Shown here piece by piece: positions 41,415-51,139 of a stretch of DNA of 64,000 nucleotides. The stretch's first letter is position 1. Every line of letters begins with the position of its first letter. Below the pieces are notes generated by a model that made no database searches, was not told the DNA's origin, and worked only from the letters and a program-made list of their open reading frames with translations. The position numbers and the translations under genes are program-made. This DNA comes from an uncultured Hoeflea sp. (GTDB lineage: Bacteria; Pseudomonadota; Alphaproteobacteria; Rhizobiales; Rhizobiaceae), in contig NZ_CANMVK010000004.1 in the NCBI RefSeq assembly GCF_947501405.1, positions 112,843 through 176,842 on the forward strand, written 5' to 3'.

Positions 41415-41618
41415 ATGTCCGAACAGGATCAGGCGGAGCTTCGCATGTTGGTGGCGCGGTTGCGTCACGAACACGAAGACTTCGACGTCGCCATCAACGC
41501 CATGATTCAAACGGGATGTGATCAATTGCGCATCCAGCGCATGAAGAAGAAGAAGCTGGTGATCAAGGACAAGATCTCCAAGCTCGAAGACCAGATCATT
41601 CCCGATATCATAGCCTGA
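41415..41618 (+). CDS. DUF465 (YdcH-family) small protein, 67 aa
   Basis: LRHEHEDFD.AI...IQRMKKKKLVIKDKISKLEDQIIPDIIA. Confidence 0.9.
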   Translation: MSEQDQAELRMLVARLRHEHEDFDVAINAMIQTGCDQLRIQRMKKKKLVIKDKISKLEDQIIPDIIA

Positions 41619-41633
41619 GCAGGGGAGCGGAGC

Positions 41634-42134
41634 ATGACCTCCACCCGAACATCCGACGTCGCCGTCATCATGGGCAGCCAATCGGACTGGCCCACCATGA
41701 AACACACCGCGGATACGCTTGAGGAGCTCGGCATCTCCCATCAGGCCCGAATCGTTTCGGCCCACCGCACACCCGACCGGCTGGTGGCCTTCGCCAAGGG
41801 CGCCCGCGAAGAGGGGTTCAAGGTCATCATCGCCGGCGCCGGAGGGGCTGCGCATCTTCCGGGCATGACCGCTGCCTTCACGCCGTTGCCGGTGTTTGGC
41901 GTTCCGGTCGAATCACGGGCCTTGTCGGGACAGGACAGCCTGTTGTCGATCGTGCAGATGCCCGCCGGTATTCCGGTGGGAACGCTGGCCATCGGCAAGG
42001 CGGGTGCGATCAATGCGGCGCTGCTGGCCGCCAGCGTGCTGGCACTGTCGGACAGCGGGCTGGCCGCGCGGCTCGATGCCTGGCGTCAGGCCCGCACCGA
42101 TGCCGTGGCCCTTGAGCCGGAAGATCAGCCGTGA
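41634..42134 (+). CDS. purE: N5-CAIR mutase PurE
   Basis: [33 protein letters not shown]. Confidence 0.99.
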   Translation: MTSTRTSDVAVIMGSQSDWPTMKHTADTLEELGISHQARIVSAHRTPDRLVAFAKGAREEGFKVIIAGAGGAAHLPGMTAAFTPLPVFGVPVESRALSGQDSLLSIVQMPAGIPVGTLAIGKAGAINAALLAASVLALSDSGLAARLDAWRQARTDAVALEPEDQP

Positions 42135-43222
42135 GCCGGACACCGCTTCCGGCAGGGTCGGTTATCGGCATCATCGGCGGCGGCCAGCTTGGCCGCATGC
42201 TGGCCATGGCCGCAGCCCGCCTCGGCTACAGGACGGTGATACTCGAGCCCGATTCGCAAGCCCCGGCGGCGCAGGTTGCAAATCGTCAGATTACGGCGGC
42301 CTATGACGATGAGAAGGCGCTCGCTGACCTTGCCGGTGCGTGCGATGTCGTCACCTACGAATTCGAAAATGTCCCGGTCAGAGCCGTCGAGTGGCTTGAG
42401 GCCCGGGCTCCGGTCCGGCCGGGATCGAAGGCACTCAAGGTCGCTCAGGACCGGCTTCTGGAAAAGTCCATGGCCCGCGATCTGGGGGCTCAGACCGCCC
42501 TGTTCGCCGCCGTGGCGGATCGCGCTGAGCTGGACGCCGCGATGGCCGCCACCGGTCTGCCCGCGGTCTTGAAAACCACCCGCCTGGGCTATGACGGCAA
42601 GGGACAGGCCAAGATCGTTCGGCCCGGTGACGCCGATTCGGCGCTGGCAGCCATGAACGGCCAGATGGCGGTGCTCGAATCCTTCGTGCATTTCGAACGC
42701 GAGGTCTCGGTTGTGGCCGCGCGCGGCCTTTCAGGCGATGTAAAAGCCTTCGACGTGGCGGAGAACGCCCATCGCGATCATATTCTTCACACCTCCACCG
42801 TCCCATCTTCGCTGGGCGCGCCCGCGCAGGCCGAGGCGCTGAAGATCGCCGCCGCGATCGGTGCGCATCTCGATTACATTGGCGTATTCGCGGTTGAGTT
42901 TTTCGCCGTTCGCGATGGTGAGGGACACCGGCTGCTGGTCAATGAAATCGCTCCCCGGGTGCACAATTCCGGCCATTGGACGGAAGCGGCTTGCGCGATT
43001 TCGCAGTTCGAGCAGCACATCCGCGCCATCACAGGCCTGCCGCTCGGCGAGACAGCTCGCCATTCCGACTGCGTAATGGAAAACCTGATCGGCGATGAGG
43101 TTGACGAGATACTGGCGACCGCCACCGAACCCGGCGCCGTCATCCATCTCTACGGCAAGGCCGAGGCCCGGCCGGGGCGCAAAATGGGCCATGTCACCCG
43201 CATAAGCCCGAAAACCGCGTAA
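42131..43222 (+). CDS. purK: N5-CAIR synthase PurK
   Basis: [41 protein letters not shown]. Confidence 0.99.
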   Translation: MSRTPLPAGSVIGIIGGGQLGRMLAMAAARLGYRTVILEPDSQAPAAQVANRQITAAYDDEKALADLAGACDVVTYEFENVPVRAVEWLEARAPVRPGSKALKVAQDRLLEKSMARDLGAQTALFAAVADRAELDAAMAATGLPAVLKTTRLGYDGKGQAKIVRPGDADSALAAMNGQMAVLESFVHFEREVSVVAARGLSGDVKAFDVAENAHRDHILHTSTVPSSLGAPAQAEALKIAAAIGAHLDYIGVFAVEFFAVRDGEGHRLLVNEIAPRVHNSGHWTEAACAISQFEQHIRAITGLPLGETARHSDCVMENLIGDEVDEILATATEPGAVIHLYGKAEARPGRKMGHVTRISPKTA

Positions 43223-43261
43223 TCGCAGCGGCATATAGGGCCGGAAAGCGCAGCTCTGCGG

Positions 43262-43290
43262 TTGACAGCAAAATCCTGAACCGGTAAATG
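43262..43290 (+). promoter_or_regulatory. Probable sigma70 promoter of rpmJ
   Basis: TTGACA-17 nt-TAAATG. Confidence 0.55.
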
Positions 43291-43371
43291 CCTGCCAACC
43301 GATGAGCGCGCCCTTCGCTGGCGCGCTTTTGATTGAATGGGCTTTGCCCGGATAACTCGCGGATCAGAACA

Positions 43372-43497
43372 ATGAAGATCAAGAATTCGCTCAAGGCGCT
43401 CAAGGCTCGTCACCGGGACAACCGTCTGGTTCGTCGTAAAGGCCGGGTCTACATCATCAACAAGCAGAACCCGCGCTTCAAGGCCCGTCAGGGCTGA
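43372..43497 (+). CDS. rpmJ: 50S ribosomal protein L36 (Zn-independent type), absent from the ORF track
   Basis: Translated by hand: [41 protein letters not shown]. Confidence 0.97.
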   Translation: MKIKNSLKALKARHRDNRLVRRKGRVYIINKQNPRFKARQG

Positions 43498-43567
43498 AGC
43501 TGGCGGCCGCTTGGCCATCACCGAAATTTGCATTTGATCTTTGGCGCTGACGGACTAGCTTTCCGTC

Positions 43568-44227
43568 ATGCGTCAATTTTCGTTTCACAGCCACATCGTC
43601 CCGCTCGCCACAGTGCTCGCTCTGGTAACGGCCGCAGCTGCGCCTGTTGGGGCGCAGGCTTCAACGCAAGCGGCAGCAGAACAGTCACAGGCAAAACCTG
43701 AAGACCCCGCCGGGAGCGGCGGCGTAACCACCTTGACGCCCGAAGCCATCGATCCGCTCGACAAGCTGTTTTCCGAGCTCAAGCGCGAGCGCGACGCCCA
43801 GCAGGCCAAGCGGATAAGCGAACGGATCTGGGCCCGCTGGCGCGATTCGGGCAGCGCCACAGCCAATCTCTTGATGCAGTGGGCCGACAAGGCCGTGTCC
43901 GAGAAGAAAAATGCGCTGGCGCTGGATTTGCTCGATCAGGTAGTGGTGCTGATGCCGGATTTTGTCGAGGGCTGGAACCGTCGTGCCACACTTCACTATG
44001 CAATGGGCAACCATGGCAAATCCATGGCCGACATCGACCGTGTGTTGGCGCTGGAGCCACGGCATTTCGGCGCCATGGCCGGAATGGCCGCGATCCTGAC
44101 CGCAGCCGGCAACGATCAGCTGGCGTTGCGCGCCTGGGAGCAGATGCTCGACGTTTATCCCGCCAACCGCCAGGCGCAGACCGCGCTGGGCGAACTGGCC
44201 GACAAGCTGGCGGGCAGCAAGATCTGA
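43568..44227 (+). CDS. Secreted TPR-repeat protein
   Basis: Signal peptide; EGWNRRAT, LEPRHFGA TPR motifs. Confidence 0.9.
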   Translation: MRQFSFHSHIVPLATVLALVTAAAAPVGAQASTQAAAEQSQAKPEDPAGSGGVTTLTPEAIDPLDKLFSELKRERDAQQAKRISERIWARWRDSGSATANLLMQWADKAVSEKKNALALDLLDQVVVLMPDFVEGWNRRATLHYAMGNHGKSMADIDRVLALEPRHFGAMAGMAAILTAAGNDQLALRAWEQMLDVYPANRQAQTALGELADKLAGSKI

Positions 44228-44310
44228 CCGCTCACAAATCCCTCCTTTTGCCGTTCCGTCATCCATTCACGGCCTGATCGGTTTGACGGCGGAGCACCCC
44301 GGTAAAGTCC

Positions 44311-45369
44311 ATGTCAGTCCCCGGATTACGAACCATCATGATCTTCTTCCTCGCCGCGCTCATCATCACGGTTTCGGGTCTGGTGATCTGGACCCGGATC
44401 ATGACCAGCGAGATCGAAGCCCGCTACCCGGCCATTGGCGAGATGATCGATGTCGGCGGCTACGCCCTGCACGCTGTCCACGTTCCAGCTCCCGCCGGGG
44501 CCGATTTGCCGCCACTGGTGTTCATTCACGGCGCCAGCGGCAATCTGCGCGACCAGATGACACCGTTCCGGGCACCGTTGGAAGGCCGCGCCGAAATGCT
44601 GTTTGTTGACAGGCCCGGCCATGGCTGGTCCGAACGCGGCGGCGCCGAAAACCGCACCCCCGACGGCCAGGCGGCGGCCATCGCCCGGGCCATGCAAGGC
44701 AAGGGCATATCCAGGGCCATCATCGTCGGCCACTCCTTTGGCGGCGCGATCGCCGCCAGCTTCGCGCTCGAGCACCCGGAGATGACGGCGGGGCTGGTGT
44801 TTCTGGCGCCAGCCACTCATCCCTGGCCGGGTGGGGTAAGCTGGTACTACGACCTGGCCAGCCTGCCGCTGATCGGGCCGCTGTTTACTCACACGCTGGC
44901 GCTGCCGGCGGGGCTAACGCGGCTCGAAAGCGGCTCGACTTGCGTGTTTGCGCCCAATCCCAAACCGGAAGACTATGTGAGCGCCACCGCACCGGCGCTG
45001 GTGCTCAGACCGCAAGCCTTTCACCACAACGCCGTCGACGTGACCAATCTCAAACCCTATGTGACGAAGGCTTCCCGGCGCTATTCAGAAATCAAGACGC
45101 CCACCGTGATCGTTACCGGCGACAGTGATGGGGTGGTGCTGGCCCACATTCACTCCGAAGGACTGGCGCGTGACATCGAGGGCGCAGAACTGGTCTGGAT
45201 CCGCAATCTGGGCCACAAGCCCGACCACATCACCACCGATCTGGCGATCCGTGCCATTGAAAAGGTTGCCGGACTGGATGCGGATCTGCCGGCAGCCGCC
45301 CGGCAGACCGAGACCCGTCTTGCGGGCGACAATGCGCAATGCCCCGGCGAGGTTTCCTCCGCCGGTTAA
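44311..45369 (+). CDS. Alpha/beta hydrolase with an N-terminal membrane anchor
   Basis: FIHGASGN, DRPGHGWS, GHSFGG nucleophile elbow, GHKPDH. Confidence 0.93.
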   Translation: MSVPGLRTIMIFFLAALIITVSGLVIWTRIMTSEIEARYPAIGEMIDVGGYALHAVHVPAPAGADLPPLVFIHGASGNLRDQMTPFRAPLEGRAEMLFVDRPGHGWSERGGAENRTPDGQAAAIARAMQGKGISRAIIVGHSFGGAIAASFALEHPEMTAGLVFLAPATHPWPGGVSWYYDLASLPLIGPLFTHTLALPAGLTRLESGSTCVFAPNPKPEDYVSATAPALVLRPQAFHHNAVDVTNLKPYVTKASRRYSEIKTPTVIVTGDSDGVVLAHIHSEGLARDIEGAELVWIRNLGHKPDHITTDLAIRAIEKVAGLDADLPAAARQTETRLAGDNAQCPGEVSSAG

Positions 45370-45416
45370 AGCGCCGCTTCAGGGCTTTCGCAAATAGTCT
45401 TGTGCAGATACCGTGA

Positions 45417-46856
45417 TCAGATCCCGGTCATACCGTCCGAGCCGATATAGGCAATGCGCAGCATGTTGGTTGATCCCGGCGTGCCCAGTGGTACCCCTGC
45501 GGAGATGATGATCCGGTCGCCGGGCTTGCCGAACTCCTCGCGAAAAGCGATGCGGCAGGCGCGGTCCACCATGTCATCAAGATCGGTCGCATCCTCGGTG
45601 ACCACACAATGCAGCCCCCACACCACCGACAGCCGACGCGCGGTCTGGATCACCGGCGACAGCGCGATGACCGGCACCTGCGGCCGCTCGCGCGCGGCCC
45701 GCAGGCCGGTGTTGCCGGAAGACGTGTAGCAGACGATCGCCGAGAGATTGAGTGTCTCGGCGATCTGCCGCGCGGCCAGCGAAATCGCATCCGCACCGGT
45801 CGCGTCGGGCTGCGGCCGCTGGGCATAGATGATGCCCGGATAGTTTGGATCCCGCTCCACCTTGCGGGCGATCGCGGCCATGGTGGACACCGCCTCGACC
45901 GGATAATCGCCGGCAGCCGATTCGGCCGACAGCATCACCGCATCAGCACCCTCGAAAACCGCGGTCGCGACATCGGAAACCTCCGCACGGGTCGGAACCG
46001 GCGCCGAGATCATCGATTCCAGCATCTGCGTGGCGACCACGACCGGCTTGCCTGCGCGGCGGCAGGCGCGGGTGAGTTGCTTCTGGATGCCCGGCACCGA
46101 TTCGATCGGCATCTCGACGCCAAGGTCGCCACGAGCCACCATCAACGCGTCCGAAAGTTCAATGATCTCGTCGATTCGCTCCAGCGCCTGCGGCTTTTCG
46201 ATCTTCGACATCAGACCGACCTGACCGCGGGCGATCTTGCGCACTTCCGCCAGGTCTTCGGGGCGCTGGATGAAGGACAGCGCCACCCAGTCGATATCAC
46301 CGACTTCCAGCACGGCATCGAGATCGGCGCGGTCCTTCTCGGTCAACGCACCGACGCCGAGCGTTGTGTCGGGCAGGCTTACGCCCTTGCGGTCGGAAAT
46401 CTTGGTGCCGCTCACCACCTTGCAGGTGATCGATGTCTTGTCGGATTCGACCGCCAGCAATTGCAGCCGTCCATCATCGATCAACAGCCGGTGACCCGGC
46501 TGCACAGCCTCGAGAATTTCGGGATGCGGCAGGAACACGCGCGTTGTGTCGCCCGGTTCGTCGCGGTTGTCGAGCGTGAAGATCTGCCCGGCTTCCAGCG
46601 TCACTGCGCCGTCACTGAATTTGCCGACCCGCAGCTTCGGCCCCTGAAGATCGGCGAGAATTCCGATCGGACGGCCGCAGCTCTTCTCCACGGCGCGAAT
46701 GCGGCCCACCAGGGTACGCATCAGCTCATGGCTGGCATGGCTCATATTGATGCGGAACAGATCGGCGCCCGCTTCATGCAGTTTCTGGATCATCGCCTCA
46801 TCGGACGACGCCGGTCCGAGGGTGGCGAGGATTTTCACCTTGCGTTGCCGCTTCAT
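45417..46856 (-). CDS. pyk: Pyruvate kinase
   Basis: KILATLGPAS, RINMSH, DLQGPKLR, MVARGDLGVE, ATQMLESM. Confidence 0.99.
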   Translation of the reverse strand: MKRQRKVKILATLGPASSDEAMIQKLHEAGADLFRINMSHASHELMRTLVGRIRAVEKSCGRPIGILADLQGPKLRVGKFSDGAVTLEAGQIFTLDNRDEPGDTTRVFLPHPEILEAVQPGHRLLIDDGRLQLLAVESDKTSITCKVVSGTKISDRKGVSLPDTTLGVGALTEKDRADLDAVLEVGDIDWVALSFIQRPEDLAEVRKIARGQVGLMSKIEKPQALERIDEIIELSDALMVARGDLGVEMPIESVPGIQKQLTRACRRAGKPVVVATQMLESMISAPVPTRAEVSDVATAVFEGADAVMLSAESAAGDYPVEAVSTMAAIARKVERDPNYPGIIYAQRPQPDATGADAISLAARQIAETLNLSAIVCYTSSGNTGLRAARERPQVPVIALSPVIQTARRLSVVWGLHCVVTEDATDLDDMVDRACRIAFREEFGKPGDRIIISAGVPLGTPGSTNMLRIAYIGSDGMTGI

Positions 46857-47329
46857 CAATTGTTGCTTTCTGGTCCTTCCGGAGCGTCTGAAAGCTGGAC
46901 CATCCAGCTGCCTTGGCGCCCGGTGTCGTATTCCTTGAAGCCCACGCGCTGGAAGCCGCGGGCGAAACAATCTTCAACACCGACAATGCGGAATTCATTG
47001 TCGGCGACACACATGTTGATATCGCCGGCCCAGCGGCCACCGCCGCCTGCATCCTCGGCGTAGAGATAGTAATAGCGCGAGCCGAGCTGGCCCTCGATCA
47101 ATGTGGCGCAGGAATTGGCAGGAATCTGCCACCAGCCCTCCGTCACCCAGCCTTCCTGGGTACGGTAGCCGATGGCCCCGCCAACCAGCGACTGGGTCCC
47201 GTTGCAGACCCTGAAATCAGCCCTGGCGTCGCCCGTGGATGCAAACACCGCAGCGCCTGCCAACAGCGGAATCAGTGCGACAATTCTGGCGATGGAACGA
47301 TAGGCATGTGACAACGTGCGAAACATCAA
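46856..47329 (-). CDS. DUF1036 secreted protein
   Basis: Signal peptide; ADFRVCN, TEGWW, RYYYLYAED, EYDTG...WMVQL; its stop overlaps the pyk start. Confidence 0.88.
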   Translation of the reverse strand: MMFRTLSHAYRSIARIVALIPLLAGAAVFASTGDARADFRVCNGTQSLVGGAIGYRTQEGWVTEGWWQIPANSCATLIEGQLGSRYYYLYAEDAGGGGRWAGDINMCVADNEFRIVGVEDCFARGFQRVGFKEYDTGRQGSWMVQLSDAPEGPESNN

Positions 47330-47706
47330 GTCCGGTCAGTCTCCGCTCTCGGCTGGTGCGTTGCTTTTTTGCGCCGGGCACCGGTGAAAGTCAACGCAAG
47401 ACACCCGACCGGGTGGCGATCATCGCCGCACCGGCGGAGTAATCCCCGAAGTTTTGATGGGCCCGCCATACCATACGCGCAATTGCAAAGCCCCCTCACC
47501 GGCCCAAACCGGACGCCTGGCGGACCTTCTGGCGCGGCAATCCCGCCAGCTATCCCATCGCGCGGCCAACATTCAACCGACAGAGCGGCGAAGTCGCGAT
47601 CGTCGCCGGAGCCGTCAGCCACATTCCGACGGTTGCCCGCGCGGCGCGGCTGTGCGATTGATCCGGCAATTCCCGCCCGATCAGCAACCGTATTTCCGAA
47701 ATCGAC

Positions 47707-48489
47707 ATGACTGGCTTCCAGCCCTTTGAAATCATCTCTGGCGATCCGCACCCGGCGCTGGTGCTTCTCGCGGATCACGCCATGAACCGCGTCCCCCAGG
47801 AATACGGCGATCTTGGCCTGCCGGCGGAAGCCTTTTCGCGCCATATTGCCTTCGACATCGGCATTGAGGACATCACCCGCGGCCTTTGCGACCGGCTCGG
47901 GGTTCCCGCCGTGCTGGGATGCTTTTCGCGGCTGCTGATCGATCCCAATCGCGGCGAGGACGACCCGACGCTGATCATGAAACTGTCGGATGGCATGGTC
48001 ATCCCCGCCAATCACCCGCTCGGCCCCGAAGAGCGCGAACGCCGGCTCAATCTGTTCCATCGCCCCTATCACGACGCGGTTTCCGCGGTGATCGCCGAGA
48101 CCGGGCGCAAGGCCGGCAAGCCGCCGCTGGTGGTCTCGATCCATTCCTTCACCCACGCCTGGAAAGGCACGCCGCGGCCCTGGCACGCGGGCGTGTTGTG
48201 GGACACCGACCCCCGCGCTGCCCAGGCGCTGATCAGCCACCTGCGGGCCGATCCCGAATTGCTCGTCGGCGACAATGAGCCCTATGACGGGGCGCTTCGC
48301 GGCGACACCATGCACCGCCACTGCTCCACCACCGGCCTGGCCCATGGGTTGCTTGAAATCCGTCAGGACCTGATCTCCGATGCGGCCGGCGTCAACGCCT
48401 GGGCCGACCGTCTGGCGCCGATTCTGTCCGCAATCACGCAGATGCCCGAGATGCACGAGATCCAGCTTCACGGCACCCGTGTAATCTGA
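47707..48489 (+). CDS. N-formylglutamate amidohydrolase family protein
   Basis: DHA, HIAFDIG, SRLLIDPNRG, SIHSFT, DNEPYDG, LEIRQDL. Confidence 0.92.
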   Translation: MTGFQPFEIISGDPHPALVLLADHAMNRVPQEYGDLGLPAEAFSRHIAFDIGIEDITRGLCDRLGVPAVLGCFSRLLIDPNRGEDDPTLIMKLSDGMVIPANHPLGPEERERRLNLFHRPYHDAVSAVIAETGRKAGKPPLVVSIHSFTHAWKGTPRPWHAGVLWDTDPRAAQALISHLRADPELLVGDNEPYDGALRGDTMHRHCSTTGLAHGLLEIRQDLISDAAGVNAWADRLAPILSAITQMPEMHEIQLHGTRVI

Positions 48490-48621
48490 TCACTGGGCCT
48501 TGAGGACACAGGCCGGGATAACCGACGCGAACCGCAAAAACGCCCTTGACCCCGGAGCACGGTTTGGGCACTTGAGGCGCTCGAACTGATCAACCCGCAT
48601 TTGTCCGTTAGGAGTGTCCCC

Positions 48622-48888
48622 ATGTCTGATGCCGGCGCCGTCGCACGCGACCAGCTCCGTTCCTTCGTCGAGCGCATCGAGCGGCTTGAAGAAGAAAAGA
48701 AAACCATCGCCGACGACATCAAGGATGTCTATGGCGAGGCCAAGGGAATGGGATTTGACACCAAGGTGCTGCGCAAGGTCGTGGCCATCCGCAAGCAGGA
48801 CGAAAATGACCGGCTTGAGCAGGAAGCCATTCTCGACACCTATCTGCATGCGCTTGGCATGGCCCCTGAGCCTGAAGGCGCGAGCTGA
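48622..48888 (+). CDS. gapR: DUF2312 nucleoid-associated protein (GapR-like)
   Basis: [39 protein letters not shown]...[15 protein letters not shown]. Confidence 0.85.
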   Translation: MSDAGAVARDQLRSFVERIERLEEEKKTIADDIKDVYGEAKGMGFDTKVLRKVVAIRKQDENDRLEQEAILDTYLHALGMAPEPEGAS

Positions 48889-49126
48889 CCGCTCCCGCCC
48901 CGCCGCACCCGGCAGTGGCGCGGAGTAAAAACCCGGTTCTCGGATCGTAGAGCCCACGTGGCAGCACAGCTTTGCGGCATGCGCATCGCTGCGAAGAACT
49001 GGCTTCACAGTCCATCATACGATTAGCGCGAGGCTGAGACCTTGACGCCCGACAGGTTGCTTTTGTGCAAAGGCTTCACAGTTCGTGGCGCACGGTGCAT
49101 CATCCAGTGAACAATACCGCGCGGCT

Positions 49127-50959
49127 CTAGTCGCCGAACCGGGCCACCGAAATGAAATTGACCGCAGAACCGGTAAACTGGTTGTGCGGCAGCTCGCCGC
49201 CGTCACGCGCAAAGCCGCTGGCATAGACCAGTTTCGGCGCAGCGCGGAGTTGCGACACCACGAAATTTCGAGCCTTTGACGGCGGTGCCGGCATGGTCTT
49301 GACCCGCTCACGGGCCAGCGCCCAATTGGAAATGATGGTTTCCGTGAGCTTGGGCTCGGTGCGGATCGCGGTGCGCTGAACCTGCCCCGCTGCAGCTTCC
49401 GCATTGGGCCTGTCACCCTTGCGCGCCGTTGTCTGGCCTGTCAGCGCGGTCGCAAGACGGCCGCCGCGTTGTGCGGGAACCGGGGCAAGCGCTGCAAGTT
49501 CGATGGCGGTTTGCCGGTCGCCCGGACGCTCGCCGGGCCTGCGAATGGGCAGCGGCACGAATTCCTCATCGGCCGGCAACGCAGCAATCACCGTCGGCGC
49601 TGCCAGAGCCGGCGCAACCGCAGGCGCCTGTGCCGGAGCGTCCGCCAACGGAACCGCCTGGCTTGCCGGATCGGCCCCGTCCGGGAGGTCGGATGCGCCG
49701 GGCGTGAGATCGCCCGCCGTGAGCGGATTGGGAACCGGCAGCGCTGCCACTTCGACCGGCTCTGCCAGCGGGGCAGGCTCCGCGCCAACGGCCCGCTCGG
49801 CAAGAAGCTGCGGAACCGGTGCGCGGATTGCTGCAAAATCAGTAGCTTCCGGCGCGTTCTCAGCCACCTCGGCATTTGCCGCCGCTGCGAAGGCATCAAT
49901 CTCCGCCTGCGCCGGCAACACCGGATCGGGCGGCGCCAGGGCAGCGACCACGATCGGCTGCTCGGTCACCGGCCGCGCCTGCGGGATCGGCGCACGGACC
50001 GGAAGCACCGGCACATTTGGTGTCACTGCGTCGACAGAAGCAGGTGGCGCAGGAACGCCGGGCAGAGCAGCCACCTCGGTGCGCGGCGCCGGTTTGGGCT
50101 TGGGCGCGGCAATGATTGCATCTGGCTCTTCATCCTCGTCGCCGCCGCCGAACAGGGCTGCGAGCAACCCGCCGCCAGACCGGCTTCCGGAATTGCCGCC
50201 GCCGGAGGAGACTATCGCTCCGCCCCGTTTCTTGTAATCGGCCAGCGCCACCTTGTAGCCGGGCAAGGGCTTGCCATCGGGCGGCAGGTGAAGCGTCTTG
50301 CCATCGGGGAAAAGGCGGGTCAGTTCCTTGCGGCTCATGCGCGGCCAGGCGCGCACGCTGGCCACATCGAGATGAACGAAAGGCGATCCGGATTTGGGGT
50401 AATAGCCAACACCGCCGCCTTGCAGCTTCATCGCCACGGAGCGCAACTTGGATGCCTTAACCCCGGGAATATAGAAATCCATGGCCTTGCCGGTCATGTG
50501 CTGGCTCTTCTTGGCCTGCCCTCCACGCGTCCGGCGCAACATGTTGTTGGTGGCCGGCGAGCGGTAAGCGGACACCACGTGAATGTAATCCCGCGCCTTG
50601 GTCTGGCGGTAGACTTCCCAGACCAGGTCGAACAGCCGTGGGTCCATCTTGGTCGGCTCATTGCGCCGCCAGTCCCTGAGGAACCGGTTGAGCTTGCGCA
50701 ATCCCGCCTGGTCATAGCGGCCGTTACGCTTGAAGACGATTTCCGCCCTCTCCTTGGTATGGATGTAGTAGAGCTTCAGCGATCGGGTTTCCGCCGAAGC
50801 GGCGCCTGTCGACACCAGACCGGCGGCCATCGTGATCAGGGCCAGCAGGCAAAGCCGCGACAGCCAGGCCAACCAGCCGGCAAAGACATCACCGCGGGCT
50901 GGCGCGGTCACATATCCCGCGGCCGAAACCTGACCTGAAACTGGTGTCACTGTCGCCAA
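49127..50959 (-). CDS. DUF882/YcbK (peptidase M15-like) periplasmic protein with a long Pro/Ala-rich extension
   Basis: Signal peptide; RDWRRNE..KMDPRLFDL, SAYRSPATN, SQHMTGKAMD, FVHLDV Zn-site motifs. Confidence 0.9.
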   Translation of the reverse strand: MATVTPVSGQVSAAGYVTAPARGDVFAGWLAWLSRLCLLALITMAAGLVSTGAASAETRSLKLYYIHTKERAEIVFKRNGRYDQAGLRKLNRFLRDWRRNEPTKMDPRLFDLVWEVYRQTKARDYIHVVSAYRSPATNNMLRRTRGGQAKKSQHMTGKAMDFYIPGVKASKLRSVAMKLQGGGVGYYPKSGSPFVHLDVASVRAWPRMSRKELTRLFPDGKTLHLPPDGKPLPGYKVALADYKKRGGAIVSSGGGNSGSRSGGGLLAALFGGGDEDEEPDAIIAAPKPKPAPRTEVAALPGVPAPPASVDAVTPNVPVLPVRAPIPQARPVTEQPIVVAALAPPDPVLPAQAEIDAFAAAANAEVAENAPEATDFAAIRAPVPQLLAERAVGAEPAPLAEPVEVAALPVPNPLTAGDLTPGASDLPDGADPASQAVPLADAPAQAPAVAPALAAPTVIAALPADEEFVPLPIRRPGERPGDRQTAIELAALAPVPAQRGGRLATALTGQTTARKGDRPNAEAAAGQVQRTAIRTEPKLTETIISNWALARERVKTMPAPPSKARNFVVSQLRAAPKLVYASGFARDGGELPHNQFTGSAVNFISVARFGD

Positions 50960-51065
50960 TGCTGTCCCCGAACGCCGGAAAAACCGTGATCGAACACCAT
51001 TTGGTGCTCAAATGCGGTGACACAATGGCAGAATACGCCAATGGCCGCTGCTTGATCCCTTATAG

Positions 51066-51081
51066 TGAATGATCGCTTAAC
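51066..51081. promoter_or_regulatory. CtrA-like box upstream of the DUF882 gene
   Basis: TGAA-TGATCGC-TTAAC, one mismatch, about 110 nt upstream of the start. Confidence 0.5.
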
Positions 51082-51139
51082 AAGGAATGAAGCAGATCAA
51101 ATCCCGAACAGTTTTTTGCCGGCCGGAAATCGGGGACGA

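Noticed and set aside
41028-41855. 275-aa ORF-track call (likewise 28321-28779)
   Set aside because: Over-extensions of the 58-aa DUF465 gene and of L31; the upstream part overlaps other real genes or leaders and lacks coding character
47330-47706. 377-nt divergent gap with several short ORFs
   Set aside because: No RBS-supported, coding-like frame and no clear structured RNA or terminator
49300-50250. Pro/Ala-rich stretch producing long alternative ORFs (49404-50237, 49469-50938)
   Set aside because: Low-complexity extension of the DUF882 protein; the other frames are artefacts
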